Assembly (NCBI GenBank): GCA_965116875.1
Contig: OZ220733.1
Coordinates: forward strand, 1,440,001-1,504,000
From: Candidatus Latescibacterota bacterium
GTDB taxonomy: Bacteria > Latescibacterota > UBA2968 > GCA-2709665
Direction: 5' to 3'
DNA: 64,000 nt
Shown: piece after piece, positions 20,608 to 30,618 of the stretch
Layout: every line of letters starts with the position of its first letter
How positions within the stretch are numbered: the stretch's first letter is position 1
Notes under the pieces: generated by a model
Database searches by the model: none
What the model was told of the DNA's origin: nothing
The model's input: the letters and a program-made list of their open reading frames with translations, nothing else
Program-made: the position numbers and the translations under genes

Positions 20608-23466
20608 ATGTCCATACTTGATTCCTTCATCGCTATCGATCTCGAAACATCCGGACTCGCGCCCCCGGAAGCCGAAATCCTGGAAATCGGCGCGGTTCGG
20701 GTGGAAAGCGGCCGGATCGTCGACCGTTTTCAGACGTACGTCAAGCCCGCCGGTCACATTCCGGAAGAGACCGTCCGCCTCACGGGGATAACGCTGGAGA
20801 CCGTCCGGGATGCGCCCCCGATCGACCGCGTCATCGGTCGTTTCCGGAGTTTCGCGGCCGACAGGCCACTCATCGCCCACCACGGCCGCTTCGAGTCCCG
20901 TTTTCTCGACGCTGCCGGCCATTCCACGATTGAGAATTCGGTGCACAGCGTCCGCGAGCTCTCCCGCGCCGCCCTCCCGACCCTCCACGATCATCGCGTT
21001 GAAAGTCTGGCCGGACACTTCTCCGTACATTGCGACACGCCCCATAAAGCGCTGACCGACGCGGAAACCCTGGCGGGGATCTATCTCCATATCGTGGAAC
21101 TGCTACGATCCGTATCCCTGCAATCCAAACAGCAGATGCTTCGGTTGCTGCAGGGCTCCGGATCGGGTCTGCTTCCCGTCCTCGTGGAATTGGCAAGCGA
21201 AGGCGCGCGAAAAGAATTCCTGAGTTCGAAACCGGGCGGGCGGCTGCCGGACGGGACGCTGTTCAATGCCGGCGGCGAGGCGCTCCAGACCCAGGGCGAG
21301 CCATCCGACCAGCCGCTTGACGTAAAGGCGGTCAGCCACATGCTGGAACCCGGCGGCCGCTTCGAGGACGGTATCTCCGGGTACGAATACCGGCCCCAGC
21401 AAGTCGAAATGGCGCGGGCAGTGACCGACGCCATCAACAACGGGCGGCATCTGGCCGTGGAAGCCGGCACGGGCGTGGGAAAATCGATTGCATACCTCGC
21501 GCCGGCCATACTGTATGCCGTACAAAACAATATTCGGTTCATCGTTTCGACGAACACGAAAAACCTCCAGGAACAACTCTTCTTCAATGACCTGCCCGCA
21601 CTCGCGTCCATCCTGGACGTTCAGTTCCGCTACGCCCTGCTCAAAGGCAGGAACAATTACATCTGCCTGAACCGGTGGGAGTCCGTTCTGAACAATCCCG
21701 ACGCCAGCCTCACCCCGAACGAACGCATCGGCGCGCTGCCCCTGGTGCTGTGGGCGGAATCAACCCGATCGGGAGACATCACCGAGAATACCGGATTCAA
21801 CCCGACGCGCCTTGCAAGCCTGTGGGCCAAAATCTGCTCCGATCCGGGTTTCTGCCGCAGCCAGCGTTGCCGCAATAACGGGCGGTGTTTTGCCAACAAC
21901 ATCCGCAGGACCTCGGCGAGAGCGCATCTGGTGGTGATCAACCATTCCCTGCTCTTCTCCGATCTCGTTACCGAGAACGCCATCCTCGGCGAGTACTCGC
22001 ACCTGGTCCTGGACGAAGCGCACAACCTCGAGAAAGTCGCCGCGCACTACCTGGGCAGGGAACTCAGCATCTGGCGGGTCAGGAACATCACCGATCCGTT
22101 GTGCGGACCCGGTTCGTCAGACACGGGCACATTGCCGGCCCTGAGACACTGGGTCGCGGCCGCGGATCCGGATCCGGCAACGGTCAGGGCCTTCGACGCC
22201 GGCATCAAGTCCGCGACGGCTGCGGCTCAGGACCTGTGGCTGCGGGCCAAGACCTTTTTTGAGGAACTTTCGCGGCGCCTCGTACTGAAGGCGGGGAGGC
22301 CGGGAAGCGCGTACAGAGAGAAAATCCGCTATCGACCGGGCGAATCCACGTTCGACGCCCTTACGGAATCGCTCGACCCGTTCCGCCAGGCCCTGGCCGC
22401 CCTCTGCAGCCGTCTCAGGGACCTCTCGGACTGGCTTCGAGGCCTGTCCGGGGACATGTTTGTCAACCAGGACGAAATCTGCAACGAACTCGGCGGTTGC
22501 ATCGAGGCCGCCCAGACCGTACTGGACGACCTGAATGACCTCGTCTCCGCCAGCGATGAGAACTCCGTCTACTGGCTGGAATTGCCAACGACGGACAAAA
22601 GCGCCGACACCCGCCTCTTTTCTGCTCCACTGGATGTTTCGGAGATGTTGAACGGCGGGCTGTACGAGGGCAAGTCTTCTATCGTTTTCACGTCCGCCAC
22701 GTTGGGTATCCGGGGCAAACTGACCTATTTCCTCCGTCGCATGGGCCTGGAATCCATGCCCGAAACCCGCCTTCAGACCCTGTGCCTGGGCTCCCCGTTC
22801 GACTATGGGAAACAGGCGCTCGTGTGCACGCCGCGCTTTATGCCGTCGCCCAAATCACCGGAATATCAGGAGGCCGTCGCCACCCTGCTGCATCAACTGA
22901 TGTTGAGGACCAAACGGGGTACTCTCGCCCTTTTCACGTCCTACGGCATGCTGAACCGCACATACGACGCCATCAAGCCGGACCTGGGGTCCAACGGCGT
23001 ACTCGTACTCGGACAGGGTATTGACGGTTCCAGATCGAATATCACAGACCGGTTCAAACTCGAAGAGTCCGCCATGCTTCTCGGTACCGACAGCTTCTGG
23101 GAAGGCATCGACGTACCCGGCAACGCGCTTCAGGTTCTGGGCATCGTACGCCTGCCTTTCGCCGTGCCGTCCGAACCCCTTGTCGCGGCCCATATCGAGG
23201 AACTGGAGAAGCAGGGTAAAAACCCGTTCCTGAATTATTCCGTACCGGAAGCCATCCTGAAGTTCCGGCAGGGCTTCGGGCGACTCATACGCAACAAGAC
23301 CGACCGGGGCGCGGTTGTCGTGCTGGACAGCAGGGTGCTGAGTACCCGATACGGCCGGGCATTCCTGGAGGCCCTGCCCGTCGGACATCACGCGTTCAAC
23401 TCGCAGGATGAGATGATTGGCGCTATCGCCGACTGGTTTGAAGATACGAACGGGACGAACCATTGA
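20608..23466 (+). CDS. dinG: DnaQ-type exonuclease / DinG helicase fusion
   Basis: IDLETSG and HKALTDA (DEDDh); AGTGVGKS, Cys cluster, DEAH, SFWEGID, QGFGRLIR. Confidence 0.92.
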   Translation: MSILDSFIAIDLETSGLAPPEAEILEIGAVRVESGRIVDRFQTYVKPAGHIPEETVRLTGITLETVRDAPPIDRVIGRFRSFAADRPLIAHHGRFESRFLDAAGHSTIENSVHSVRELSRAALPTLHDHRVESLAGHFSVHCDTPHKALTDAETLAGIYLHIVELLRSVSLQSKQQMLRLLQGSGSGLLPVLVELASEGARKEFLSSKPGGRLPDGTLFNAGGEALQTQGEPSDQPLDVKAVSHMLEPGGRFEDGISGYEYRPQQVEMARAVTDAINNGRHLAVEAGTGVGKSIAYLAPAILYAVQNNIRFIVSTNTKNLQEQLFFNDLPALASILDVQFRYALLKGRNNYICLNRWESVLNNPDASLTPNERIGALPLVLWAESTRSGDITENTGFNPTRLASLWAKICSDPGFCRSQRCRNNGRCFANNIRRTSARAHLVVINHSLLFSDLVTENAILGEYSHLVLDEAHNLEKVAAHYLGRELSIWRVRNITDPLCGPGSSDTGTLPALRHWVAAADPDPATVRAFDAGIKSATAAAQDLWLRAKTFFEELSRRLVLKAGRPGSAYREKIRYRPGESTFDALTESLDPFRQALAALCSRLRDLSDWLRGLSGDMFVNQDEICNELGGCIEAAQTVLDDLNDLVSASDENSVYWLELPTTDKSADTRLFSAPLDVSEMLNGGLYEGKSSIVFTSATLGIRGKLTYFLRRMGLESMPETRLQTLCLGSPFDYGKQALVCTPRFMPSPKSPEYQEAVATLLHQLMLRTKRGTLALFTSYGMLNRTYDAIKPDLGSNGVLVLGQGIDGSRSNITDRFKLEESAMLLGTDSFWEGIDVPGNALQVLGIVRLPFAVPSEPLVAAHIEELEKQGKNPFLNYSVPEAILKFRQGFGRLIRNKTDRGAVVVLDSRVLSTRYGRAFLEALPVGHHAFNSQDEMIGAIADWFEDTNGTNH

Positions 23467-24935
23467 ATCCTCAGGGACTGACATCCATCAAGGAACCCCT
23501 GGCGAAGCTGCTCGCGCAGGTGCCCCAGATAAACCATCCGCTGATCGGGCATGCGTATCACCTCGCCAATGCCAGCCACGAGGGGCAGCACCGGGACGAG
23601 GGCCAGCCGTTCATCACCCATCCCATCGCCGTGGCGCTCATCCTGGCGTCTGAACTCGGTTTCGCAAGAGACACGGACATGATATCCGCCGCCCTGCTCC
23701 ACGACGCGGCGGAAGACTCCGTACTGACTCCCGACGAGGATATCCTTCCCACGTTCGGCGCCCGCGTGACCGAACTGGTGAAAGGCGTAACCAAAGTGGA
23801 CGAACCCGGCACGCGCAGTCGATCCGCCCGCCGGTCCGCAACGCTCCAGCGCCTCTTCACCGCCGCACACCGGGACCCGCGGGTACTCATTCTGAAACTG
23901 GCCGACCGGGTACACAACATGCGCAGCATCTCGGGCATCAAGGATACCAGGCGCCAACACCGGATTGCACAGGAGACCATTGACGTCTACGCGCCGCTCT
24001 CCCGCCTGCTGGGCATGGACCGTATTCGCAGGGAACTGGAGGACCGGAGCTTCGGCTGCCTGCACCCCAGAATTCATCAGCAGCTCGTCAGCCTCATGCG
24101 GGGAGGCCCGCCGCAATCCTATCTGGATTTCCAGACGGAGATACGCAATATTGTCACGGACAACGGTATACGCACACGCGTCCGCCTTCAAACGAAGAGC
24201 CTGAGAAGCATCTACGGCAAGGCCACGGGCGCAGGATCCGGAGCGTCACGCCTCCCGGTGGAAAACGTCCACGACCGGTACACCGTCGTTGTCATCACCT
24301 CCAATCGTTACACGTGTTACAGGACACTGGGTATCATCCATCACAGCTTCACTCCCCTGATGGATGGAATCAAGGACTTTATCGCCCTGCCCAAACGAAA
24401 CGGCTACCAGGCGCTGCAGACGACGGTCATCCACAAAGGACAGCGTTTTGAGATTGCGGTCCAGACGCCATCCATGTACAGAATGGGCGAATTGGGCGTT
24501 GCGACCCTGCGCGGCGGGCAACTCCAGGAAGAGCGGAGGACCCGTTGGCTTCAGGAACTTGCCGAATGGCATGAGCACGGAGGAGCCGGGGTTCACTTCC
24601 TGGACGAAGTCAAACGCATGCTCTTTGTCCATGAAATGGCCGTTTTCACGCCCAACGGCGACCCCATCATCCTGCCCGAGGGCGCCACGCTCACGGATTT
24701 CGCTTTTGCCGTCCATACGGACCTTGGTCTCCGCTGCATCGGCGGGCGCGTCAACGGAAAGCCCGCATCGCGCTTTTCGGTTCTGAACTGGGGCGATACG
24801 ATTGAAATCGATACTGCGCCTCACCAGCAGACGAAACGGGGTTGGCTGCGCTACGTAAAGACCTACCGCGCCCGGCGCCTGATACGGCGTCACATCACCC
24901 GCGCCGAATCGTCCGGCGAACAGATCATCGAATAA
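23463..24935 (+). CDS. RelA/SpoT homologue: HD hydrolase + degenerate synthetase + TGS
   Basis: HEGQHR..PFITHP, LLHDAAED, KLADRVHNMR; TGS FTPNG...DFAFAVHTDLG; no ACT domain. Confidence 0.88.
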   Translation: MNPQGLTSIKEPLAKLLAQVPQINHPLIGHAYHLANASHEGQHRDEGQPFITHPIAVALILASELGFARDTDMISAALLHDAAEDSVLTPDEDILPTFGARVTELVKGVTKVDEPGTRSRSARRSATLQRLFTAAHRDPRVLILKLADRVHNMRSISGIKDTRRQHRIAQETIDVYAPLSRLLGMDRIRRELEDRSFGCLHPRIHQQLVSLMRGGPPQSYLDFQTEIRNIVTDNGIRTRVRLQTKSLRSIYGKATGAGSGASRLPVENVHDRYTVVVITSNRYTCYRTLGIIHHSFTPLMDGIKDFIALPKRNGYQALQTTVIHKGQRFEIAVQTPSMYRMGELGVATLRGGQLQEERRTRWLQELAEWHEHGGAGVHFLDEVKRMLFVHEMAVFTPNGDPIILPEGATLTDFAFAVHTDLGLRCIGGRVNGKPASRFSVLNWGDTIEIDTAPHQQTKRGWLRYVKTYRARRLIRRHITRAESSGEQIIE

Positions 24936-24986
24936 CCGGAAATCCGCATCGGCGCCGCGCGCGCCGTATGCGGGGCGGTTGTTCCC

Positions 24987-25376
24987 GTGGACCCTTTTTC
25001 AATTTCGTTCCCACGGATACCGGGGAGTCAACCATTGAGAACCTGCTTTTTCCTCTTCGCCGCCCTGTTGACCCTCGCGGCCTGCGGCCGGGACACCGAG
25101 CACCTGCAGACTGAAATCGCCGCACAGGAAACGAAAGTCGCCCGGGCGCGGTCGATCTATCAATCCGAACAGAAGCACCTGGAAGCGCTAAGGGACAGCT
25201 TCGAAATCAACATCCGGCACAATATCGCCCTGAATCTGGACTCAACCGCCGCCGCGTCGATTGAAAGCGAACGCGTGGTACTCCAGGGGACCACTGTCGA
25301 AGCGGCGAAACGCAACCTCGACAGCCAGGAGGAACTCCTGGCCCTTCTGAAAAAGCGCCTTCAATCCCTCAGATAA
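24987..25376 (+). CDS. Putative coiled-coil lipoprotein (start uncertain)
   Basis: Hydrophobic stretch ending in lipobox LAAC, then heptad-rich helices. Confidence 0.6.
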   Translation: MDPFSISFPRIPGSQPLRTCFFLFAALLTLAACGRDTEHLQTEIAAQETKVARARSIYQSEQKHLEALRDSFEINIRHNIALNLDSTAAASIESERVVLQGTTVEAAKRNLDSQEELLALLKKRLQSLR

Positions 25377-25426
25377 CGCACAACAGTCCGTCGTTACTCA
25401 CATTGCGCTCCTGAATCGGTTGACAT

Positions 25427-27700
25427 GTGAGGTCCATCGTGAAAACTCCGCCGAAAGAAATCACGGTTGCAAACAGGTTCATATACTATTACGCCAACTT
25501 TATGGAACGATTCTACGGCTACGTCCTGCGCAGGGACGGCCGCAACATCCCCGGCGAACACTACGTGGGTCGAATGAAAAAGCCCGGGGGAGCGGTTCGT
25601 TCCGGTTCCGGCAGGAGGGAGTCCCGTCCCGCTTTCCGGCGCAGACGGCGCGAACTGCGTCATCCGGCGCCGCCGTCAGAAAGGCCGAAGGTCGCTGAAA
25701 TCGTCCGCGGAGAGGTCGTTCTCTTCCTGTATCGCAAGCGCCTGATGCTGGGGTCCTATTCTCATCGGATCTGGGGAAGCCGGATATGTATCGTCTCGGA
25801 GGACGGTAGGCTTCTGAACATTCGAAGGAATTCCCTGGTCTTCCTTACCGGCATCGGCATCAGAGACGACCGCGACTTCCTCCGGACCTATGGAGCTTCG
25901 GTACGCGCGCTGGCGAGTCACATCGATCTCGGGGAAATCTGGCACGCCTTCAAGGGCGAACACCCGGTATTCGAAATCTCGGATATCGGCGCGTTATATT
26001 GGGGAGACGACGCCGACCCCTCGCGCTGGCTTGCCCTCTACCTGCATCTGGACTCCGCCAGCCCGTACTTTGTCCGGACCCGACGGGACGCCTGTCGCGC
26101 GCTCGAACCGCACGAGATGAAAAACCGAATGGACCTCCTTTCCGGAAAGGAGACGCTGACGCACGATCTGGAGGAGTTCCTCTTCTGGATCGGCGAGGAC
26201 AAGGAAGACTACGATCCCTCGACACTCACCGATAGGCAGCGCGGCTGGCTCGAACAGATCAGACAATACGCGCTGTGGGGAGCGGAGTCCGCGGATGCCG
26301 GAAACGCACGAAAGATGCTCCGCCGAATTCCTTTCGCCGGACGCGACCTTCAGCAGTACGCGTTCGAGCTCATGGTCAGGAAACGCATCTGGGACCCTGA
26401 CGAAAACCTGGATCTCCTCCGCTCGGATCTCGCAATCGATTTTCCGACCGACGTCCTGAAAGAGGCCGACGATTTCAACCTCTCGCGAGTACTGAAAGGT
26501 CGTCGAAGACTCCGTCGCGCGTGTTTCGCCCTGCGGACGGGTTGCGACGACCACCCTGAACTGGCTTTCTCCCTCAGACGCCGGTGGCGGGGAGGGTACG
26601 AACTGGGTATCCACGTCCCGGATATTGCCGCCTGCGTACCCGCCGGATCCGCACTGGACAGAAATGCGTCCGACAGGCTCGCAACGCTCCGGCTGCCCGA
26701 CCTGTCGCTGACCATGCTGCCGCCGCGATTCGCAGACGACGTCGGCAGATTCAGCGTACATCGGCATCGACCGGCGCTGAGCCTGCTTTGGAGACTCGAT
26801 CGAAATCTGAATATGGGGGACTTCCGCATCGTCCGCTCGGCGATCAGGCTGCGAGCCCGTCTCTCCTCCGATGAGCTCGAGAGAATCGCTGATGGGCGAC
26901 GTCATTCCCTCGCCGGAGCCGTGCGACTCCTGAGCAGCGTCGCCGACGCCCTCCGTGAAAAACGCAGCCGTAACGGGGCGTTTGAGAATTTCGGCCGCGT
27001 GCGGGTCAGGGCCGGAAGCACGGGGATCGCCGTCCACCACACGGACCCGGCCGACCTCGCAACCGGAATTCACGACGAAATGGCTCTGCTTGCCGCCGTC
27101 GAAACGGGAAAGTGGTGCGTGCGTCACAAGATCCCCGCCGTCTTCATTGTCCAGGACGCCGTCGAGGACCGCCTGGAACTCGAGGAAATCCGACATCCCG
27201 TCGTGCGACGCCACGAAGTGCGCCGCCGGAGCCCTTATCCGGCGTACAGCGCCGAACCCGCCGCGCATTGCGGCCTCGGGATTCACGCACGCTGCGCCGC
27301 CGTCTCGCCCGGAGACCGCTACGTGGACCTGATGATCCAGAGACAGATCGTCCATGTTCTGGAAACCGGCGAACCGCTTTACACCGCTGCTGAACTCGAT
27401 CCCGTCCGGTATCGCGCACACGAGGAAAACGCGCGCCATGCGAAGCTCCGATTCCATCGCGAGCGTTTCATGATGTTGCGCCTGCTCGAAGCATCGGAGG
27501 ACCGGACGTTTTCCGCGGTCGTACTTCATACCGGGCGCAGCGGTACCCTGGTTGAACTCGAGGGGTTTCCCATCAAGACCCGGGTCCATGCGCACGGGCC
27601 CGTGAACGCGGGCGACACGCTTCAACTTCGCCTGACGGGCATCGACCGCTGGCGCGGCAACCCCCGTTTTCACGTATTGCAGGCGTCCCCGGAAACGTGA
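25427..27700 (+). CDS. RNase II/RNB-domain protein with degenerate active site
   Basis: YELGIHVPDIA, TMLP, RPALSL, AHCGLG, RYVDLMIQRQ, C-terminal S1-like domain. Confidence 0.8.
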   Translation: MRSIVKTPPKEITVANRFIYYYANFMERFYGYVLRRDGRNIPGEHYVGRMKKPGGAVRSGSGRRESRPAFRRRRRELRHPAPPSERPKVAEIVRGEVVLFLYRKRLMLGSYSHRIWGSRICIVSEDGRLLNIRRNSLVFLTGIGIRDDRDFLRTYGASVRALASHIDLGEIWHAFKGEHPVFEISDIGALYWGDDADPSRWLALYLHLDSASPYFVRTRRDACRALEPHEMKNRMDLLSGKETLTHDLEEFLFWIGEDKEDYDPSTLTDRQRGWLEQIRQYALWGAESADAGNARKMLRRIPFAGRDLQQYAFELMVRKRIWDPDENLDLLRSDLAIDFPTDVLKEADDFNLSRVLKGRRRLRRACFALRTGCDDHPELAFSLRRRWRGGYELGIHVPDIAACVPAGSALDRNASDRLATLRLPDLSLTMLPPRFADDVGRFSVHRHRPALSLLWRLDRNLNMGDFRIVRSAIRLRARLSSDELERIADGRRHSLAGAVRLLSSVADALREKRSRNGAFENFGRVRVRAGSTGIAVHHTDPADLATGIHDEMALLAAVETGKWCVRHKIPAVFIVQDAVEDRLELEEIRHPVVRRHEVRRRSPYPAYSAEPAAHCGLGIHARCAAVSPGDRYVDLMIQRQIVHVLETGEPLYTAAELDPVRYRAHEENARHAKLRFHRERFMMLRLLEASEDRTFSAVVLHTGRSGTLVELEGFPIKTRVHAHGPVNAGDTLQLRLTGIDRWRGNPRFHVLQASPET

Positions 27701-27737
27701 ACGGGGGCGGACAGACGTATCACCTTGGGAGATCCGA

Positions 27738-29303
27738 ATGAACGACGATTCAGCCTTGATTGCACACTGGAAACTGGACGGCGACTGCCGGGACCACGCG
27801 GGCGTCAGCCACGGCGAGAATCACGGCGTGGCGTTTTCACCCGACGGGGCCCTGTTCGACGGTCGCGGCGCCCATATCCTGGCGCCCTCCGCCCGGCCGC
27901 TCGATTTCGGCGCGGATGACTTCTCCATTTCCGTCCACGTACATACCGACGACGTCCTGGATGACATACCCGGGGATATCCTCAGCAAATACGACCCCGA
28001 CACGCGTACGGGCGTCAACTTCGGACTGGCGAACAACGCCGGCGTGACGGCGGCCCAGGCCAACTACCGCCACCTTCATTTCGGCATCGACAGCGGTCAT
28101 ACCGGCGAATGGATCGACTGCGGCCGCCCCGGAAACAACCTGCGCGTCTACTCTCTTTGCGTGTTCGAGGGCAACCTGTACGCGGGCACGTTCGAGACGG
28201 GCGCCGACGAGTCCGGAGGCGTCTACAGATACGATGGAGACGCGGGATGGATCGACTGCGGGCATCCGGACAGGTGCAATACCATGGCATCGCTGTGCGT
28301 GTTCAACGGCACGCTGTACGCGGGCTCGTCGCGGTACAAGGCCGGAGGTTCCGCCCTACCGGAGTCCGAGAACCAGAACCCGGGCGGCAACATGTTCAGG
28401 TACGAGGGCGGTTCCGACTGGACGCCCATCGGCCGCATGGAAGGCGCCGATTCCTGCGCCGGAATGGCCGTGTACCGGGGCAGGCTCTACGCAATCCCCC
28501 TCTACAGCCAGGGCGTTTTCCGCTACGACGGCGATGACGTCTGGAGTCCCTGCGGCACGCCGGGTCGACGCATGATGTCCCTTGGCGTCTTCAACGGGCA
28601 TCTATACGGCGCGGGAAATGAAGGGAATCAAGCCGGCGGCGTGTTCCAATACGACGGCGGGACCGGTTGGGCGCACGCTGGCGGTCAGGAGGGCGTGACG
28701 CAGGTCTATTCCTTTGCCGCCCACAACGGCAGGCTCCACGTGGGCACCTGGCCGGAGGGCAAGGTCTTCCGGGACGACGGAAAAGATCCATGGACGTGCG
28801 TCGGTCGCCTGGGAGAAGAGATGGAAGTCATGGCGATGGCCGTCTACAACGGCAAACTCTACGCAGGCACATTGCCGCTTGGCCAGGTCTACCGGTACGA
28901 CGGGGGCGACACGTGGACCCTGACCGGCCAACTCGATACAACCCCGGACGTCAGATACCGCCGGGTCTGGTCCATGGCCGTGTACCGGGGAAAACTGTTC
29001 GGAGGCACGCTGCCTTCCGGCCGCGTCTACGCGTTGGAGGCCGGCGCCAACGTGAGTCACGATCACGAACTCGCACCGGGTTGGCGGCATCTCGCGGCGG
29101 TCCGGCGGAACAACCGCCTCCGGCTCTACGTGGACGGCAAGCAGGTTTCCGAATCCACAACCTTCAATCCATCGGAATTCGATCTTACGAACGACAAGCC
29201 CCTGAAGATCGGCGCCGGGGGCGTGGACACCTTCAACGGGCGCCTCAGGGACCTTCGTCTCTACCGCCGCGCACTCACCGCGGAGGAGATCGCGAATTCG
29301 TAG
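27738..29303 (+). CDS. LamG-like jelly-roll protein with inserted beta-propeller repeats
   Basis: IAHWKLDG...DFSIS (N half), WRHLAAVR..LYVDG..FNGRLRDLRLYRRAL (C half); repeated SLxVFNGxLYAG...VYRYDG units between. Confidence 0.8.
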   Translation: MNDDSALIAHWKLDGDCRDHAGVSHGENHGVAFSPDGALFDGRGAHILAPSARPLDFGADDFSISVHVHTDDVLDDIPGDILSKYDPDTRTGVNFGLANNAGVTAAQANYRHLHFGIDSGHTGEWIDCGRPGNNLRVYSLCVFEGNLYAGTFETGADESGGVYRYDGDAGWIDCGHPDRCNTMASLCVFNGTLYAGSSRYKAGGSALPESENQNPGGNMFRYEGGSDWTPIGRMEGADSCAGMAVYRGRLYAIPLYSQGVFRYDGDDVWSPCGTPGRRMMSLGVFNGHLYGAGNEGNQAGGVFQYDGGTGWAHAGGQEGVTQVYSFAAHNGRLHVGTWPEGKVFRDDGKDPWTCVGRLGEEMEVMAMAVYNGKLYAGTLPLGQVYRYDGGDTWTLTGQLDTTPDVRYRRVWSMAVYRGKLFGGTLPSGRVYALEAGANVSHDHELAPGWRHLAAVRRNNRLRLYVDGKQVSESTTFNPSEFDLTNDKPLKIGAGGVDTFNGRLRDLRLYRRALTAEEIANS

Positions 29304-29383
29304 AACCTGCGATCCGAATCGCAGCCGGGACCCGCAGGGGTTATGCAACGAAGCCGGTCGCCGGCTTATTCCGGAGAACAACC

Positions 29384-30565
29384 ATGCTCAAGGCAGGCGC
29401 CTCAAAAGTCAACATCACTCCGTTTCTGGGCGGTCCGATGGCCGGCTATTCGGCGCGCGACCGGGGAAGCGAGAGCATCCACGACGAACTCCACGCGAAG
29501 GCGCTGGTTCTGGATGACGGCGATACCGGCGTCGCGCTGATTACCACCGACCTCATCGGCATCCACCGGGAACTCGCGGCCCACGTCCGCAGGCTTGTCG
29601 AAGCGCGTGTCGGACTTGCGCCGGACCGGGTGTGGATGACCGGGTCCCACACCCATTTCGGTCCCGCCGTCAGAGCCGGCGAAACGGAGGACGACGAAGC
29701 GGACCCCTATGACCGGTCGTACGCGGACGTGCTGGCCGCGAAACTGACCACGGCCGTCAAGCTCGCGCACGACCGGATTCAACCCGCCCGCCTCGGCGCA
29801 GGCGCCATCGGCGCCGAAGGCATCAGCTACAACCGGCGGCTCATCCGGCACGACGGAAAGGTGGAAATGAGCCTCACGCTGCCGCCGCCCTACGAGGGAT
29901 TGAGATTCGGCCCGGTGGATCCCGAAGTCGGCCTCCTGAAGATCGAAGGAGAAGCCGACGGCGACACCATCGCCACGCTTGTCAACTTCGCGTGTCATCC
30001 CGTCTCCAGCACGGACCGCATGTACGAAATCACCGCCGACTATCCGGGATACGCCATGGACCTGGTCGAGTCCGTGGAAGGCGGCATCTGCCTGTTCGCC
30101 CTGGGCTGCGCGGGCAATATCGTACCCATCCAGCGCAAGGGCCGGTCCAAACGCCAGGTGGGCCTGTCGCTTGGCGGCTGTGCGCTCAAGGCGCTGCAGT
30201 GGATTCAGACGTCGGACCGGGTCCGCATCCGTGCGGCAAGCAGGACAATCGACCTGCCCCTGCGCAATGGTCGATCCCAAGGCCGCAAGTCGCGCACCAC
30301 GGAAATCCAGGTATTCTGGCTTGGCGACGTCCCGGCCATCGGGCTGCCGGGGGAAGTCTTCGTCGAACTCGGGCTTCGTATCAAGAAAGCGCTGGATGCC
30401 TCTCCGGCCCTGGTCGTGAGCCTGAGCAACGACAGTGCGGGATACATTCCGGTTCACGGGGCATACCGCGAGGGGGGCTATGAATCCCGCGTGTCACCCT
30501 ACGCCCCCGGCTGTGGCGAACTGCTCGTGAAAGAAGCTCTGGACCTGGCCGAATCGATCCGGTAG
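29384..30565 (+). CDS. Neutral/alkaline ceramidase-like hydrolase
   Basis: LKAGASKVNITP, HDELHAKAL, SHTHFGP, NRR, NFACHP, PGEVF; GGAG RBS before ATG 29384. Confidence 0.85.
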   Translation: MLKAGASKVNITPFLGGPMAGYSARDRGSESIHDELHAKALVLDDGDTGVALITTDLIGIHRELAAHVRRLVEARVGLAPDRVWMTGSHTHFGPAVRAGETEDDEADPYDRSYADVLAAKLTTAVKLAHDRIQPARLGAGAIGAEGISYNRRLIRHDGKVEMSLTLPPPYEGLRFGPVDPEVGLLKIEGEADGDTIATLVNFACHPVSSTDRMYEITADYPGYAMDLVESVEGGICLFALGCAGNIVPIQRKGRSKRQVGLSLGGCALKALQWIQTSDRVRIRAASRTIDLPLRNGRSQGRKSRTTEIQVFWLGDVPAIGLPGEVFVELGLRIKKALDASPALVVSLSNDSAGYIPVHGAYREGGYESRVSPYAPGCGELLVKEALDLAESIR

Positions 30566-30618
30566 CAGTCCGTTGATCATGTGGCTCTGCATACCCGCTT
30601 CGGGAAGAGGCAACGCAT

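Noticed and set aside
25994-27673. Long antisense ORFs (559 aa here; also 33341-34858, 35830-37314, 42954-44144)
   Set aside because: Shadow frames of real genes, expected at high GC; no motifs.
28667-29383. 632-aa ORF implying a long N-terminal extension on the ceramidase-like gene
   Set aside because: The extension overlaps the LamG gene in another frame; the RBS and family N-terminus point to ATG 29384.
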